Shown in pieces: positions 1-11,755 of a DNA stretch of 64,000 bases (position 1 is the first letter of the stretch; each line of letters begins with the position of its first letter). The DNA is taken from assembly GCA_964016885.1 (NCBI GenBank), contig OZ024740.1:178622001-178686000 (forward strand), in the 5' to 3' direction. A program made the position numbers and the translations under genes. The notes beneath the pieces are model-generated. The model was not told the DNA's origin. It saw only the letters and a program-made list of their open reading frames with translations, and did no database searches. The stretch is from Eledone cirrhosa. Lineage: Eukaryota.

Positions 1-2652
1 TAATGGGCTGCACCCATTTTTTATTATGTTGGCTTGGTAATTTTTTGTTGGCAGACACTGATCTTGTGCGGATATAATCAGTCCTTCAGTCTCCGATTTC
101 AGTCCAGAGGATGCCAACCACTGATGGGTTAAAGTTTTGTCAACATCAGGATTGTTAGCTCGCTCTGGGTATTTTCCATACAGAGGCATTTCTTGCCATT
201 TCTTAGCCAGTTTCTGTAGCAGTTCTTTCTTTGCAGTTACTTTTACCTGCTTTGCTTTTTCTGTGTTTTCCATTTCAGCAGTAAATGGGACTTCTGAAAT
301 TTGTAGTCCATTACTGTATCTTTGTGCATCTTTTGTAATGGAATATGATCTTTTGGTGCTTTCGTGTTTTAAAACGAGTTTGATCATCCAATCATGTGAT
401 TCCCTTAGATATGTGGATAATCCAATTGTTGCAGTTTTCAACGCAATGTCTAACTGGATTAACCCACGTCCTCCTTCTTTCCTAGGGAGATATATTCTAT
501 CTATGTCTGCCTTAGGGTGATGCATTCTGTGCATGGTTAAGAATTTTCGGATTTTTGTATCGAGCCTACGGATCTCTGTGCTTGACCAGTTGATGACATT
601 GTAACTGTAGGTTACTACTGGTATGGCAAGCGTGTTTATGGCATCGATCCTATTCCTTGCATTCAATTCCGTTCTTAAGATTGCTCTTACTCTGCGGTAA
701 CATTCCTTCCTTATCCTTTCCCTCATTGTCGAGTGCTTGATTCCGTCTCCTTCACAAACACCTAGATATTTGTAAGTTTGTTCTTGATCAAGCTCTCTTA
801 TCACGTTCCCCCGATCAAGATTAATGTCTGAACTCTTCAGCAGCTTTCCTCTGGTGAACGTTGCTTTGGCGCATTTATCCAGTCCAAACTCCATTTTAAT
901 GTCATCACTGAACTGCTTCACAGTGGATAATAGCCCTTGCAATTGTTCATCATTTTTTGCAAATAGTTTCAGGTCATCCATGTAGAACAGGTGATTAATG
1001 GTTTTGTCATAGACTCTATATCCATGTTTTGTTTCATTGAGCATTTTACTTAATGGTATAAGTGCGATGCAGAATAAAAGCGGTGATAAAGAGTCACCCT
1101 GAAAAATTCCACAATTAATGTTAACTTCTCCAGCTTCCAGTGATTTTGTTTCACTATTCAAAAGGAGTGTCGTTCTCCATGTCCTCATACTGAATGACAA
1201 AAACCTCCTGATAACGGGGGATATTTTGAAAATCTCTAAACATTTTTCAATCCAACTGTGTGGCAAACTATCAAATGCTTTTTTATAATCTATCCAAGCG
1301 ATCGATAGATTTTTGTGTCTATTATGACAATCTTCCAGTATCATTTTGTTAACCAGAAGCTGATCCTTACAGCCATATGAGCCTCGTTTACACCCTTTCT
1401 GCTCAATGGGAAATAGGTCATTTGTTATCAGGTGGTCATATGTGTATTCAGTTAGGACTGATGTTAAAATTTTATACATTGTGGTCAAGCAGGTTATCGG
1501 TCTGTAATTTTTGGGATTGTTTGTCTCATCATTCTTCGGTAGCAGGAATGTAATGCCGTTAACTAGCCATGATGGTATCTTTTCTGGCTCCTTAACTATT
1601 TCATTGTAAAGTTGGGCTAACAGCTCATGAGACTCTGTGAAGGCATTTATCCAAAAGTTTTGTATTTTGTCTTTTCCTGGGGATTTCCATTTGCTGGTTT
1701 TTCTTAGAGCCAAGCGCAGCTGTTCAACTGTTATATTTTCCCATGTTTGTTCTTCAAGGTGAGCTGTTTCTTTCATTTGTCTGTCTATCCATGGGGCATG
1801 TATGTTATGAACTTTTTCTTCGGCCCAGATCTTTTCCCAGAATTCTTGCACTTCCTCCTTGGGTGGTATTGATTTAGCAGTTATTGTTGACTTACCAATT
1901 TTTCTGTAGAAGTTTCTTTGGTTGTTTTTGAACATATTATTGTCCTTATAGAATCTAGATCGTTTTTCAAAGCGCCTTATACGAGCAGCTTTGGCCGACA
2001 CTTTTTGCTTGATTGTTTCTATCAGCATGTCTATGTCACATGTTGATCTTATACTGTACTTTTTTTTCAATTTTCTAAGTTTAGTTTGTTTAACATGTTC
2101 ACCTACTTTATAGTTTGTTAAAATTTCTATGTCAGATCGGAGAAGGTTTATTTGGCGATTGATGTTATCTTGCCAAGTAGATTTCTTGTGGGAATTCCTT
2201 TGTTTTTTCATCTTCACTCCACATAAGTGAGTGGTGACTTTAGCCGATGCATAATAGAGATGATTTAAGTCAGTAATGCTTAGTTTGTTTGTGATGATAA
2301 TGTTTTTGAGAATTATGTTAGTCTTGTGTATTATCTTTTGGTTCTGTTTGGAGTTCTGGATCTTAGGGAGGGTGTCTCGTTCCCCCATGTCAGATTCTTT
2401 CATTTTCATCCATTCGATCATAATTTCATCCTTCAAGTTGGCAAGTTCATTTTCATTCATTTCTTTATCATTTACGATCTCATTATTTTCATTTGGAGTT
2501 TCATCCTGAGCATGCACTCCCTCCACTTTTTCGCTCCTTTCTTTAATTTGTTCTGTTGCCAGTGATTCCGCCCCAACTCTGGGATTCGAAGTGTTACAGT
2601 TTACCTCGTTTTCACTGACACATGCTTCATTTTCCCTTCGCTGACTTTGTGC
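1..2652 (-). CDS. Partial RT-containing ORF of R4/Dong copy A, apparently stop-free and running off the window edge
   Basis: The frame starting at 2652 (AQSQRRENEACV...) is the same frame as the RT ORF in copy B. It has TCA where copy B has TGA. It is absent from the ORF track, as expected for a frame with no stop inside the window. Confidence 0.75.
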
Positions 2653-2654
2653 TA
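1..2654 (-). mobile_element. R4/Dong-type RLE non-LTR retrotransposon, family D1, copy A (5'-truncated; 3' part beyond the window edge)
   Basis: Positions 1-2022 are near-identical to 3385-5406 (offset 3384). Homologous in reverse orientation to about 58325-60905. 5' end abuts the (TAA)n tail of copy B. Confidence 0.9.
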
Positions 2655-2655
2655 C

Positions 2656-2678
2656 TATTATTATTATTATTATTATTT
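2656..2678. repeat. (TTA)n tract, tail of copy B and junction to copy A
   Basis: tattattatt... run. Confidence 0.9.
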
Positions 2679-5406
2679 GCATTTATCTTGCTTTATGTTT
2701 ATACGAGTTATCACCAAGTCACAACCAGTGACCTCAAGAGACAACAAGGTCCGCCATGTTCAAGAAAGAACACACATATTCACACATGCATCCTTAGTGT
2801 TTAGACTTGTGATGTACTTATATTGACAGGATCTTCCTTAGTATATGGGCAGTTCCCATTAGTACTATCTTTTGTATTTCTCCTATACGCGGGTTTCCTG
2901 GGATTTGCGATAAGTAGTCGTTAGACCCCTTAGGTATCATTCCCAGAGCGCCTACAACCACTGGTATTGTTTTAGTTCTCAATTTCCACATTTTTCCAAT
3001 TTCTATCTCCAGGTCCTTATACTTGCTCAATTTTTCAAATGTTTTTATAGATACATTCTTGTCTATTGGAACAGACATATCAATTAGCAGGCATACCCTC
3101 CTTTGAAAGTCCTTCAATATTATATCAGGTCTATTTGCATCTATTTTTCGGTCTGTTTGGATGCTAAAGTTCCACAAGATTGAGATGTGATCTTTTTCAA
3201 GTATGGGAGGTGGTTGATGCTCCCACCAATTCTTTTGATGGGGCAGGTCAAAATGCTTACACATTATCCAATGTATGTATTGTGCAGCTCTGTCATGCCT
3301 GTTTAGGTATTCGGTTGGAGCTATAGGACTGCACATTGAAATTATATGGTCAATGGTCTCTGGTTGTTTTTTGCATACACGGCATAATGGGCTGCACCCA
3401 TTTTTTATTATGTTGGCTTGGTAATTTTTTGTTGGCAGACACTGATCTTGTGCGGAGATAATCAGTCCTTCAGTCTCCGATTTCAGTCCAGAGGATGCCA
3501 ACCACTGATGGGTTAAAGTTTTGTCAACATCAGGATTGTTAGCTCGCTCTGGGTATTTTCCATACAGAGGCTTTTCTTGCCATTTCTTAGCCAGTTTCTG
3601 TAGCAGTTCTTTCTTTGCAGTTACTTTTACCTGCTTTGCTTTTTCTGTGTTTTCCATTTCAGCAGTAAATGGGACTTCTGAAATTTGTAGTCCATTACTG
3701 TATCTTTGTGCATCTTTTGTAATGGAATATGATCTTTTGGTGCTTTCGTGTTTCAAAACGAGTTTGATCATCCAATCATGTGATTCCCTTAGATATGTGG
3801 ATAATCCAATTGTTGCAGTTTTCAACGCAATGTCTAACTGGATTAACCCACGTCCTCCTTCTTTCCTAGGGAGATATATTCTATCTATGTCTGCCTTAGG
3901 GTGATGCATTCTGTGCATGGTTAAGAATTTTCGGATTTTTGTATCGAGCCTACGGATCTCTGTGCTTGACCAGTTGATGACATTGTAACTGTAGGTTACT
4001 ACTGGTATGGCAAGCGTGTTTATGGCATCGATCCTATTCCTTGCATTCAATTCCGTTCTTAAGATTGCTCTGACTCTGCGGTAACATTCCTTCCTTATCC
4101 TTTCCCTCATTGTCGAGTGCTTGATTCCGTCTCCTTCACAAACACCTAGATATTTGTAAGTTTGTTCTTGATCAAGCTCTCTTATCACGTTCCCCCGATC
4201 AAGATTAATGTCTCAACTCTTCAGCAGCTTTCCTCTGGTGAACGTTGCTTTGGCGCATTTATCCAGTCCAAACTCCATTTTAATGTCATCACTGAACTGC
4301 TTCACAGTGGATAATAGCCCTTGCAATTGTTCATCATTTTTTGCGAATAGTTTCAGGTCATCCATGTAGAACAGGTGATTAATGGTTTTGTCATAGACTC
4401 TATATCCATGTTTTGTTTCATTGAGCATTTTACTTAATGGTATAAGTGCGATGCAGAATAAAAGCGGTGATAAAGAGTCACCCTGAAAAATTCCACAATT
4501 AATGTTAACTTCTCCAGCTTCCAGTGATTTTGTTTCACTATTCAAAAAGAGTGTCGTTCTCCATGTCCTCATACTGAATGACAAAAACCTCCTGACAACG
4601 GGGGATATTTTGAAAATCTCTAAACATTTTTCAATCCAACTGTGTGGCAAACTATCAAATGCTTTTTTATAATCTATCCAAGCAATCGATAGATTTTTGT
4701 GTCTATTATGACAATCTTCCAGTATCATTTTGTTAACCAGAAGCTGATCCTTACAGCCATATGAGCCTCGTTTACACCCTTTCTGCTCAACGGGAAATAG
4801 GTCATTTGTTATCAGGTGGTCATATGTGTATTCAGTTAGGACTGATGTTAAAATTTTATACATTGTGGTCAAGCAGGTTATCGGTCTGTAATTTTTGGGA
4901 TTGTTTGTCTCATCATTCTTCGGTAGCAGGAATGTAATGCCGTTAACTAGCCATGATGGTATCTTTTCTGGCTCCTTAACTATTTCATTGTAAAGTTGGG
5001 CCAACAGCTCATGAGACTCTGTGAAGGCATTTATCCAAAAGTTTTGTATTTTGTCTTTTCCTGGGGATTTCCATTTGCTGGTTTTTCTTAGAGCCAAGCG
5101 CAGCTGTTCAACTGTTATATTTTCCCATGTTTGTTCTTCAAGGTGAGCTGTTTCTTTCATTTGTCTGTCTATCCATGGGGCATGTATGTTATGAACTTTT
5201 TCTTCGGCCCAGATCTTTTCCCAGAATTCTTGCACTTCCTCCTTGGGTGGTATTGATTTAGCAGTTATTGTTGACTTACCAATTTTTCTGTAGAAGTTTC
5301 TTTGGTTGTTTTTGAACATATTATTGTCCTTATAGAATCTAGATCGTTTTTCAAAGCGCCTTATACGAGCAGCTTTGGCCGACACTTTTTGCTTGATTGT
5401 TTCTAT
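2677..5406 (-). mobile_element. R4/Dong-type element family D1, copy B (5'-truncated, complete 3' UTR)
   Basis: RT motifs (KSPGKD, NYRPITCL, DYKKAFD, GIFQGDSLSP, FYMDD), CCHC finger CRVC..ETIDHIISMC, RHD and RPD..LID RLE motifs. 3' UTR matches 61480-61616 in reverse. Confidence 0.92.
2818..5406 (-). pseudogene. RT-RLE ORF split by a single nonsense codon at 4213-4215
   Basis: ORFs 4213..5481 and 2818..4188 are in the same frame. TGA here versus TCA in copy A. Confidence 0.85.
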
Positions 5407-5408
5407 TG

Positions 5409-5409
<1 letters not shown>

Positions 5410-5472
<63 letters not shown>
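5410..5472. repeat. (TTA)n microsatellite between head-to-head Dong and Tx1 elements
   Basis: Perfect trinucleotide run. Confidence 0.95.
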
Positions 5473-5685
5473 GAATGCCATGGTTGACGGAGGCTCGGCT
5501 CTGTAAGGTATAGTAATTTTTAACCGTTAAAACAATTGTAAATTGTTTAAAACTTGAACCAAATTGTTGATAAAGACACCCTCCTCCTCGTGAGAGGGGT
5601 CTTTCTGTCCGTTATTTGGCCCTTCGGGGTTAAATAACCAGTTATTGGGGTTTTGTACCCAAAATTTCATTTTAAACAAAAAAAC

Positions 5686-7785
5686 ATGGCTACCAAAAAG
5701 AAATTTCATACGTCACTCCCACTCATTCCGTCTTCTTCTTCCTCAATCATCACTACAGCAGAGAGAAGATTGTCTCTCTCCCTCCCTTCTTTAAATGTGT
5801 CTCTCTCCCTCCCTTCTCTTTCGCAAGCGACGAAAGAAAAGAAAAGTCTCGTGCAAAGCGTGCAAGGTTTCTCCACGACGACGACGACAGCGACGAAACA
5901 GGTGTGCGGGAAATACGAAAACCCAGTTCATTCGTCTGACGTCAGGAATAATAGCAGTAGCAGCCGTAATAACAACAGCAACAGTGACAATGAAAACAAC
6001 AGTAGCAGCCGCAACAGCATCACCAGCAGCATAAACAACAACAGCATAAACAACAACAGCATTAGCAGCAACACCAACAACAACCACAGCAACAGCGGCG
6101 GAGGCAGTAGTCGTAGTACCTGCAGCAACAAAAGTACCAGCAGCTCTGACGACAACAACAACAGCAGAGAAAAACCAATCTCATTTGCAGGTATTGCGAA
6201 AAACTTGGAAACAATCCTCATAACAAATGAGGAATTAGAGGAAGCGAAGAAGATGGTGACAAAGAACGGACACCGAGCAATCTGCAAGGCAGCGAAAAAT
6301 TTTTTCGAAACCCAAGAGCACTGTACGGTCACGTACCGTACTGTAAGTACAAAATCCCGTAGGGTGGAAAGAGCCACAGAGGCCCAAATACAAAAAGCCT
6401 TGGGGTCTGTGTGGCAGAGGAAAACGCACATCACCCGAGGCAAAAAATACGCCACCGTAGACGTACTTTTTGCCACACCCCAGGAGGCAAAGGCCCAATC
6501 AGTAGTGACCCTAAGGAGCGAGGAAATGGTGTTGGTGCCCTCCTACTGCGGGCAAAAAATTGTGAGGGTCAAACTGACCCACGTCCCCCCCGGAATGACC
6601 CCTTCTTGGCTGGCCGCGTCTGTCCTCGTCGGAATCGAGGACAAAACAACTGTACTGCAAGTACAGAAAAAAGTAAGAGAAGATTGGGTCGGCTCCTCCA
6701 TTGAGATGCTAATCCAAACCAACCAGGAGTGCATCGAAGCTATCCCGGATGTGATAGACTTCGATAACGGCACTCAACTGCCCATAAGTGTTGAGGGCAA
6801 ACGCCCGAAATGCTTTCGCTGTGGATCGAAGACTCACCTCAGGGCCTTCTGCAACGAGAAGACCCTGAGAAAGGAGAAAACCCCCCTCCTTCCGAATCCG
6901 GCTCCACGGCTACCAGCAACAGGACAAGCGGCAACCAGGAACGATAGGTCCGTGGCACCCATACCCACTCCACGGAAATCAAAGACAGCAGCAGCAGTGG
7001 AAATATTAACAACAACAACAGCAATACCAAATGCAGCTGCAACAGAGACTCCAGTGCAAACATCACCAACAACAACAAGTGAAAGAGTGGAGCTGGTACC
7101 CCTCCCCGACCTTACAGAATCAGACATGGAGTGTGAGGTGGGAGAGGGATGGCAAAAGGTCTCAAGAAGGCACAAACGCAGAAGCAGCGCATCGTCGCCT
7201 TTGAAAAGGGAGGAAAGAAATGAGAAAAGGGTAAAGTCTACTGCAAAGAGACCCACAGCAGCAACACCACCAACACCATCACCACCCACACCAGCACCAC
7301 CATCACCACCGGCGACAACCCCACCGCCAACAACACCTTCAACACCACAAGCACCAACATCGCAAACACAACAACAAAACACACACACCCAGCAACAACG
7401 ACAAGAAAATAGCAGAACCACACCCCACCCCCAGAAAAACAAATGCACGGCAATAAACACACACAACAAGAAACTAATGACTTACATAATTGAACACACA
7501 GACATTTCACAACAGGACTACATAATACCAGCACCAATCAAAACGCCAACTAACATAAGACTGCTAAAAATAGCACAGAAACAATACACAAACATTAAAA
7601 CGAAATTCCCCAACGCAGTTGGTGATTTCAGGGACCTAGGAGGAACCATTAATCGAAGAGTATATTCAGACATTCTCTTAGAAGAGCCGACGACCAGCCG
7701 AAGGGACGATTCAACGGTCCCTTCACCAGACGATCAAGTGAAAAGGGATGTAAAAACCATCCCTCCTCTACCAAAAGTACGGTAA
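5686..7785 (+). CDS. ORF1 gag-like nucleic-acid-binding protein (Asn/Ser-rich N-terminus, one CCHC knuckle, Pro/Thr-rich C-terminus)
   Basis: First ATG at 5686 (MATKKK). Contains CFRCGSKTHLRAFC (CX2CX4HX4C). Lies upstream of APE-RT. Confidence 0.88.
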   Translation: MATKKKFHTSLPLIPSSSSSIITTAERRLSLSLPSLNVSLSLPSLSQATKEKKSLVQSVQGFSTTTTTATKQVCGKYENPVHSSDVRNNSSSSRNNNSNSDNENNSSSRNSITSSINNNSINNNSISSNTNNNHSNSGGGSSRSTCSNKSTSSSDDNNNSREKPISFAGIAKNLETILITNEELEEAKKMVTKNGHRAICKAAKNFFETQEHCTVTYRTVSTKSRRVERATEAQIQKALGSVWQRKTHITRGKKYATVDVLFATPQEAKAQSVVTLRSEEMVLVPSYCGQKIVRVKLTHVPPGMTPSWLAASVLVGIEDKTTVLQVQKKVREDWVGSSIEMLIQTNQECIEAIPDVIDFDNGTQLPISVEGKRPKCFRCGSKTHLRAFCNEKTLRKEKTPLLPNPAPRLPATGQAATRNDRSVAPIPTPRKSKTAAAVEILTTTTAIPNAAATETPVQTSPTTTSERVELVPLPDLTESDMECEVGEGWQKVSRRHKRRSSASSPLKREERNEKRVKSTAKRPTAATPPTPSPPTPAPPSPPATTPPPTTPSTPQAPTSQTQQQNTHTQQQRQENSRTTPHPQKNKCTAINTHNKKLMTYIIEHTDISQQDYIIPAPIKTPTNIRLLKIAQKQYTNIKTKFPNAVGDFRDLGGTINRRVYSDILLEEPTTSRRDDSTVPSPDDQVKRDVKTIPPLPKVR

Positions 7786-7820
7786 GTGGTCTTTCCCATC
7801 TTTTCCACTCTATTTTAAAC

Positions 7821-10800
7821 ATGACCTCACTCAGAATAGGCAGCATAAATGCGCGTGGCTTGGGGTCGTCATGGAAGCAGGGTCACCTGCTCAACGACCT
7901 CAGGTCACTAAACATAGATGTAGTGGCCATCAGCGAGACCAGAATCTCCGAAGCACGGGCCTTCGCACCGATCTTCGGCGGCTACGATGTGTACGCATCT
8001 CCCAGCCGTCCTGGATCGGGTGGAGGAGTTGCTGTGCTTTTTCGGAGAGGTTTGGATCTCGCCATACGGGCCATCTTCCTGGACCCAGAGGGTAAGCTGG
8101 TGGTGCTGGACGTGACCAGCGGAGACGGGCAAGCTTTCAGGCTAGTGGCCGTCTATGCCCCGACAGGAGCAGGGCGGCCTGATTTCTTCCGGCGTCTGGA
8201 GACCTTTCTTGGAACGTCCCGCTCTTTAGTGTTAGTGGGCGACTGGAACGGGATCTTAGATGCACGCTGGGACTGTGTGGGATTAGCGGATAGGGGTGGA
8301 GGGTGCAAGAGCCTCACCAACCTGCTCAGGCGTTTTGAACTGTCTGACAGGTACCGATTGGATTTCCCGAATGTGCCAATGTGGACTTGGACAAACCGCA
8401 TAGGGTCATCCAGATCATATCTAGATAGAGTATTTTGTAGGGAAATAGATAGGTCTAGCATAGGCTGTCCACAATTCAAGATAGTCAGCTACACGGACCA
8501 CAAATTCGTGATCTGTGTGCTTGACTTAGATAGGCTTCATAGACGAGGACCCGGCTACTGGAAGCTAAACGCGTCCTTACCAGCGCGCAAGGCCTACAGA
8601 GACCGGATTAGCGAACTAGTTAAGCGGGCGTTGACGGGGGCCATCGTCAACAACAAGTGGTGGTTTGCTCTGAAAAGAGCGATTAGAATAGAATCGATTA
8701 GGTTTAGTAAGGCTTTAGCAATAGAGAAAAATAGAGCAGAGGGAGAACTAGTTAGAAAATTAGACGAGGCGCTTAGCAAAGGCATTGCGACCGACGTGCT
8801 TGCGGCGAAATTGGCCCTTGACCAATTCTTCAATGCAAAGCACGAAGGCTGCGTTGTCAGAGCTAGGGTGCGTGCTCTCAGACACGAGGGGACGAAAGCC
8901 GTTCAATGGGCCCGAGTGGCGGAGGCGCGTCGTGGCAACAAAGCCACGATCCGGTCTTTGGTGGACCACGACGGGCGCATGCTACTCGATCCCGGGCAAA
9001 TGTGTGAAGCTTTTCAGCGACACTTCACTCAGCTGTTCGGGGGCAGCGGGGGGCCGGGTAGAGGGATGGACTTTAGTGTCTACCTCGACGGACTGCCGCG
9101 GCTCTCGGCCACTGAGGCGAAGTGTTGCGAAAAGCCGATAACAGCCGCTGAAGTACGGGAGGCAATGACTGGCTGCACAAGGGGTAAATCGCCTGGTTTG
9201 GATGGTCTGCCCTATGAACTTTACGTACAGATGCCAGACTTGTTCGGAGGCCTCTTGGCGGACGTCTACTGCAACTGGCAACAGAACGGGAGAATTCCCA
9301 GTTCTGTGAGCCGAGGAGCGGTGGCACTGCTGAGAAAGGATCCGAACAAGGGGGATAACATAGACAATTTCCGGCCCATAACTCTGCTAAACACAGAGTT
9401 TAAGATTTTGGCCAAGGTGCTAGCAAAGAGGTTGGCGCTTGTCGTTGGTGGTCTGGTGGGAGAGGCGCAGACATGCGCCATTCCCGACAGATCCATCCAC
9501 GACAACCTCCACCTCATGCGATACATCGTAGAGAGGGTAGCTAGGGAACCTGGCACGGGTGGGTCCTTGATCAATTTAGATCAGTCGAAAGCTTTCGATA
9601 GGGTCGACCATCGTTACCTAGCGGCAGTCCTGAGGGCGGCTGGCTTTGGGCCCGTCTTCAGAGGCTGGATCGCTGCCATGCACAGCGACATCTGCTCTGT
9701 GGTGAGAGTGAACGGTCACCTGTCGGAACCGTTCAACATCATGCGCTCGGTCCGCCAAGGATGTCCCCTCTCGTCCCTCTTGTACGTATTGACTCTCGAG
9801 CCATTACTGCACAAACTGGAGACGTTGAGGGGAGTCCCGCGCGAACTAGGATGCGGAAGATCCGTGTCAGCATATGCGGACGATGTCACCGTAGTGGTGT
9901 CGAACGCCAAACACATCGAGGCGATCGGCACTACACTAAGAGAATACGAAGCGGTGACAGGAGCAATGATCAACCAGGAAAAGTCAGTGGGCCTGCAGCT
10001 CGGCACCTGGAGAGGCAGGTCCATGCCGTCCAACAGCGTCGTCGGGCGCTGGACGGACGGACCGGTTAAATTGCTAGGGGTCTGGTTCGGTCCGGACCTC
10101 CAGACGGACAAAAACTGGGACGAGGTGACGAGCAGGGTGGCTTCTCTCACCCAGAAATGGGCGGAGAGGAAGCTATCCCTGAAAGGTCGAGCGGAGGTGG
10201 CTAACGCGTACATCGCGTCTGTCATCTGCTACCGCCTAACCGTCGTACCTTGTCCTAAGCCTCGCCTGACTGCGCTGGAGCGTTTGCTCTTTCGCTTTTT
10301 GTGGAAGGGACGTGCTCCGATGGTCAGGCGGTCCATCTGTTGTCAACACCCGCTACGTGGAGGGCTGGGCATGCCGTGGCTGATGATGCGCAGGCACGCG
10401 CTCAGGCTACGACATCTCCACCTCTTCCTCGACGGTGATCAGGTGTGGTCGCCGTTTGCTAGACGCGTTTTTCCCCAGCTCGTTTCCTTGACGGAGCTGC
10501 AGTCCTGGGTCAAGCGAAGACCGAGAGGGAGCGCCTGGAGACTGGAATGTCTTCAGGCGCTCACAGCCCTCGACCAATCGGGCAATGTGATCGGTGGAAA
10601 CTCCACCTCGGCGTTCTATAGAGGATTAGTGGAGGGGAAGAGCGACGACGTACTTGGGGAAACTCTAGGCGTCGACGAAAATCAACTAGCCAATCTCTTC
10701 GGAAGAACTTTCGGGCCGGGGCCTATGGACAACTTCCAGAAATCTCTGGCCTGGCAGTGCTACCGAGGAGCCTTGCCAGTTCGGGATAAACTCTACAGGC

Positions 10801-11240
10801 ATGGAGGTGCCGTCAGCCGGGCATGTCCGAGATGCGCGCAGGGCGACGAAACCGTCCTGCACGCACTCGTCCAGTGTCCGAAAATTGCTGACTTGTGGGT
10901 TTATGTCGAACACCTGCTGTCGCGTTTAGGACGGATCCAGCTATCATCTGAGTCTATCGTGAGGATTGCCCCGCCCTCCTCCTTTAGCCGGGAAGGGCAG
11001 GCAGTTTTTATCTGTCTGGTGGCCATGGCGAAAGAGATAGTATGGTGGACACGTTTGAAAGGGCTGAAGACGAGCACTTACCTCTTCGGTGATGCTCTGA
11101 TTGACTTTTTCAAATTTCATTTGAAAAGGAAAATCAGAGTAGAGAAGGAAGTGCTCTCTTCCCAGCATTTTGTTGAAAGATGGGTGAGAGAAGCAAGAAT
11201 GGCCCGAGTGAATGGGCCGACTCTGAGTATATATCTGTAA
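7821..11240 (+). CDS. ORF2: APE endonuclease - reverse transcriptase - C-terminal zinc finger, 1139 aa
   Basis: SINARGL, ISET, VGDWN, SYLDRVF and TDH (APE); GYWKLN, KSPGLDG, FRPITLLN, DQSKAFD, RQGCPLS and YADD (RT); CPRC..ETVLHALVQC. Confidence 0.95.
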   Translation: MTSLRIGSINARGLGSSWKQGHLLNDLRSLNIDVVAISETRISEARAFAPIFGGYDVYASPSRPGSGGGVAVLFRRGLDLAIRAIFLDPEGKLVVLDVTSGDGQAFRLVAVYAPTGAGRPDFFRRLETFLGTSRSLVLVGDWNGILDARWDCVGLADRGGGCKSLTNLLRRFELSDRYRLDFPNVPMWTWTNRIGSSRSYLDRVFCREIDRSSIGCPQFKIVSYTDHKFVICVLDLDRLHRRGPGYWKLNASLPARKAYRDRISELVKRALTGAIVNNKWWFALKRAIRIESIRFSKALAIEKNRAEGELVRKLDEALSKGIATDVLAAKLALDQFFNAKHEGCVVRARVRALRHEGTKAVQWARVAEARRGNKATIRSLVDHDGRMLLDPGQMCEAFQRHFTQLFGGSGGPGRGMDFSVYLDGLPRLSATEAKCCEKPITAAEVREAMTGCTRGKSPGLDGLPYELYVQMPDLFGGLLADVYCNWQQNGRIPSSVSRGAVALLRKDPNKGDNIDNFRPITLLNTEFKILAKVLAKRLALVVGGLVGEAQTCAIPDRSIHDNLHLMRYIVERVAREPGTGGSLINLDQSKAFDRVDHRYLAAVLRAAGFGPVFRGWIAAMHSDICSVVRVNGHLSEPFNIMRSVRQGCPLSSLLYVLTLEPLLHKLETLRGVPRELGCGRSVSAYADDVTVVVSNAKHIEAIGTTLREYEAVTGAMINQEKSVGLQLGTWRGRSMPSNSVVGRWTDGPVKLLGVWFGPDLQTDKNWDEVTSRVASLTQKWAERKLSLKGRAEVANAYIASVICYRLTVVPCPKPRLTALERLLFRFLWKGRAPMVRRSICCQHPLRGGLGMPWLMMRRHALRLRHLHLFLDGDQVWSPFARRVFPQLVSLTELQSWVKRRPRGSAWRLECLQALTALDQSGNVIGGNSTSAFYRGLVEGKSDDVLGETLGVDENQLANLFGRTFGPGPMDNFQKSLAWQCYRGALPVRDKLYRHGGAVSRACPRCAQGDETVLHALVQCPKIADLWVYVEHLLSRLGRIQLSSESIVRIAPPSSFSREGQAVFICLVAMAKEIVWWTRLKGLKTSTYLFGDALIDFFKFHLKRKIRVEKEVLSSQHFVERWVREARMARVNGPTLSIYL

Positions 11241-11501
11241 ACTAAAGGTGGAAAACTGGGAGAGGGCACTTGCCTTGGTGGTCAGGGTCATTGTGGCTTT
11301 TTACTGGGCTTTCTCCACAAATGTCCCTCCGAAGTCTCCCCCCTATTGGGGAATTTTTCATTGTTATTTTCATTGTTATTTTTGTTACATCCTCTGTTTT
11401 TGTTTTTTTTACACGCAGAAATGCCCATTTGTACCGTCCTGCATTGTCCTGCACTGTCCTTAATGTCTACTTTATGTAAACCCTTGTGGTTAATAAAGAA
11501 A

Positions 11502-11503
<2 letters not shown>

Positions 11504-11542
<39 letters not shown>
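11504..11542. repeat. (ATT)n spacer between tandem Tx1 copies
   Basis: Perfect run. Confidence 0.95.
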
Positions 11543-11755
11543 GAATGCCATGGTTGACGGAGGCTCGGCTCTGTAAGGTATAGTAATTTTTAACCGTTAA
11601 AACAATTGTAAATTGTTTAAAACTTGAACCAAATTGTTGATAAAGACACCCTCCTCCTCGTGAGAGGGGTCTTTCTGTCCGTTATTTGGCCCTTCGGGGT
11701 TAAATAACCAGTTATTGGGGTTTTGTACCCAAAATTTCATTTTAAACAAAAAAAC

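Larger units (their letters stand above)
5473..11503 (+). mobile_element. Full-length Tx1/L1-clade non-LTR retrotransposon, family T1, copy 1
   Basis: Two-ORF layout. Bounded by (ATT)n on both sides. Same 5' end (GAATGCCATGG) and 3' end (AATAAAGAAATC) as copy 2. Confidence 0.93.

Noticed and set aside
5407-5481. MAFNNNN... start of ORF 4213..5481
   Set aside because: The ATG comes from the antisense Tx1 5' end and the poly-Asn from the TAA tract; it is a chance fusion to a truncated RT.
5572-5605. TCCTCG loop resembling HDV-like ribozyme L3
   Set aside because: No separate P1/P2/P4 partners were found; it folds as a simple hairpin.
5791-7537. Antisense and alternate-frame ORFs over ORF1 (also in copy 2 and within ORF2)
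   Set aside because: Shadow ORFs arising from low-complexity or GC-rich coding sequence.
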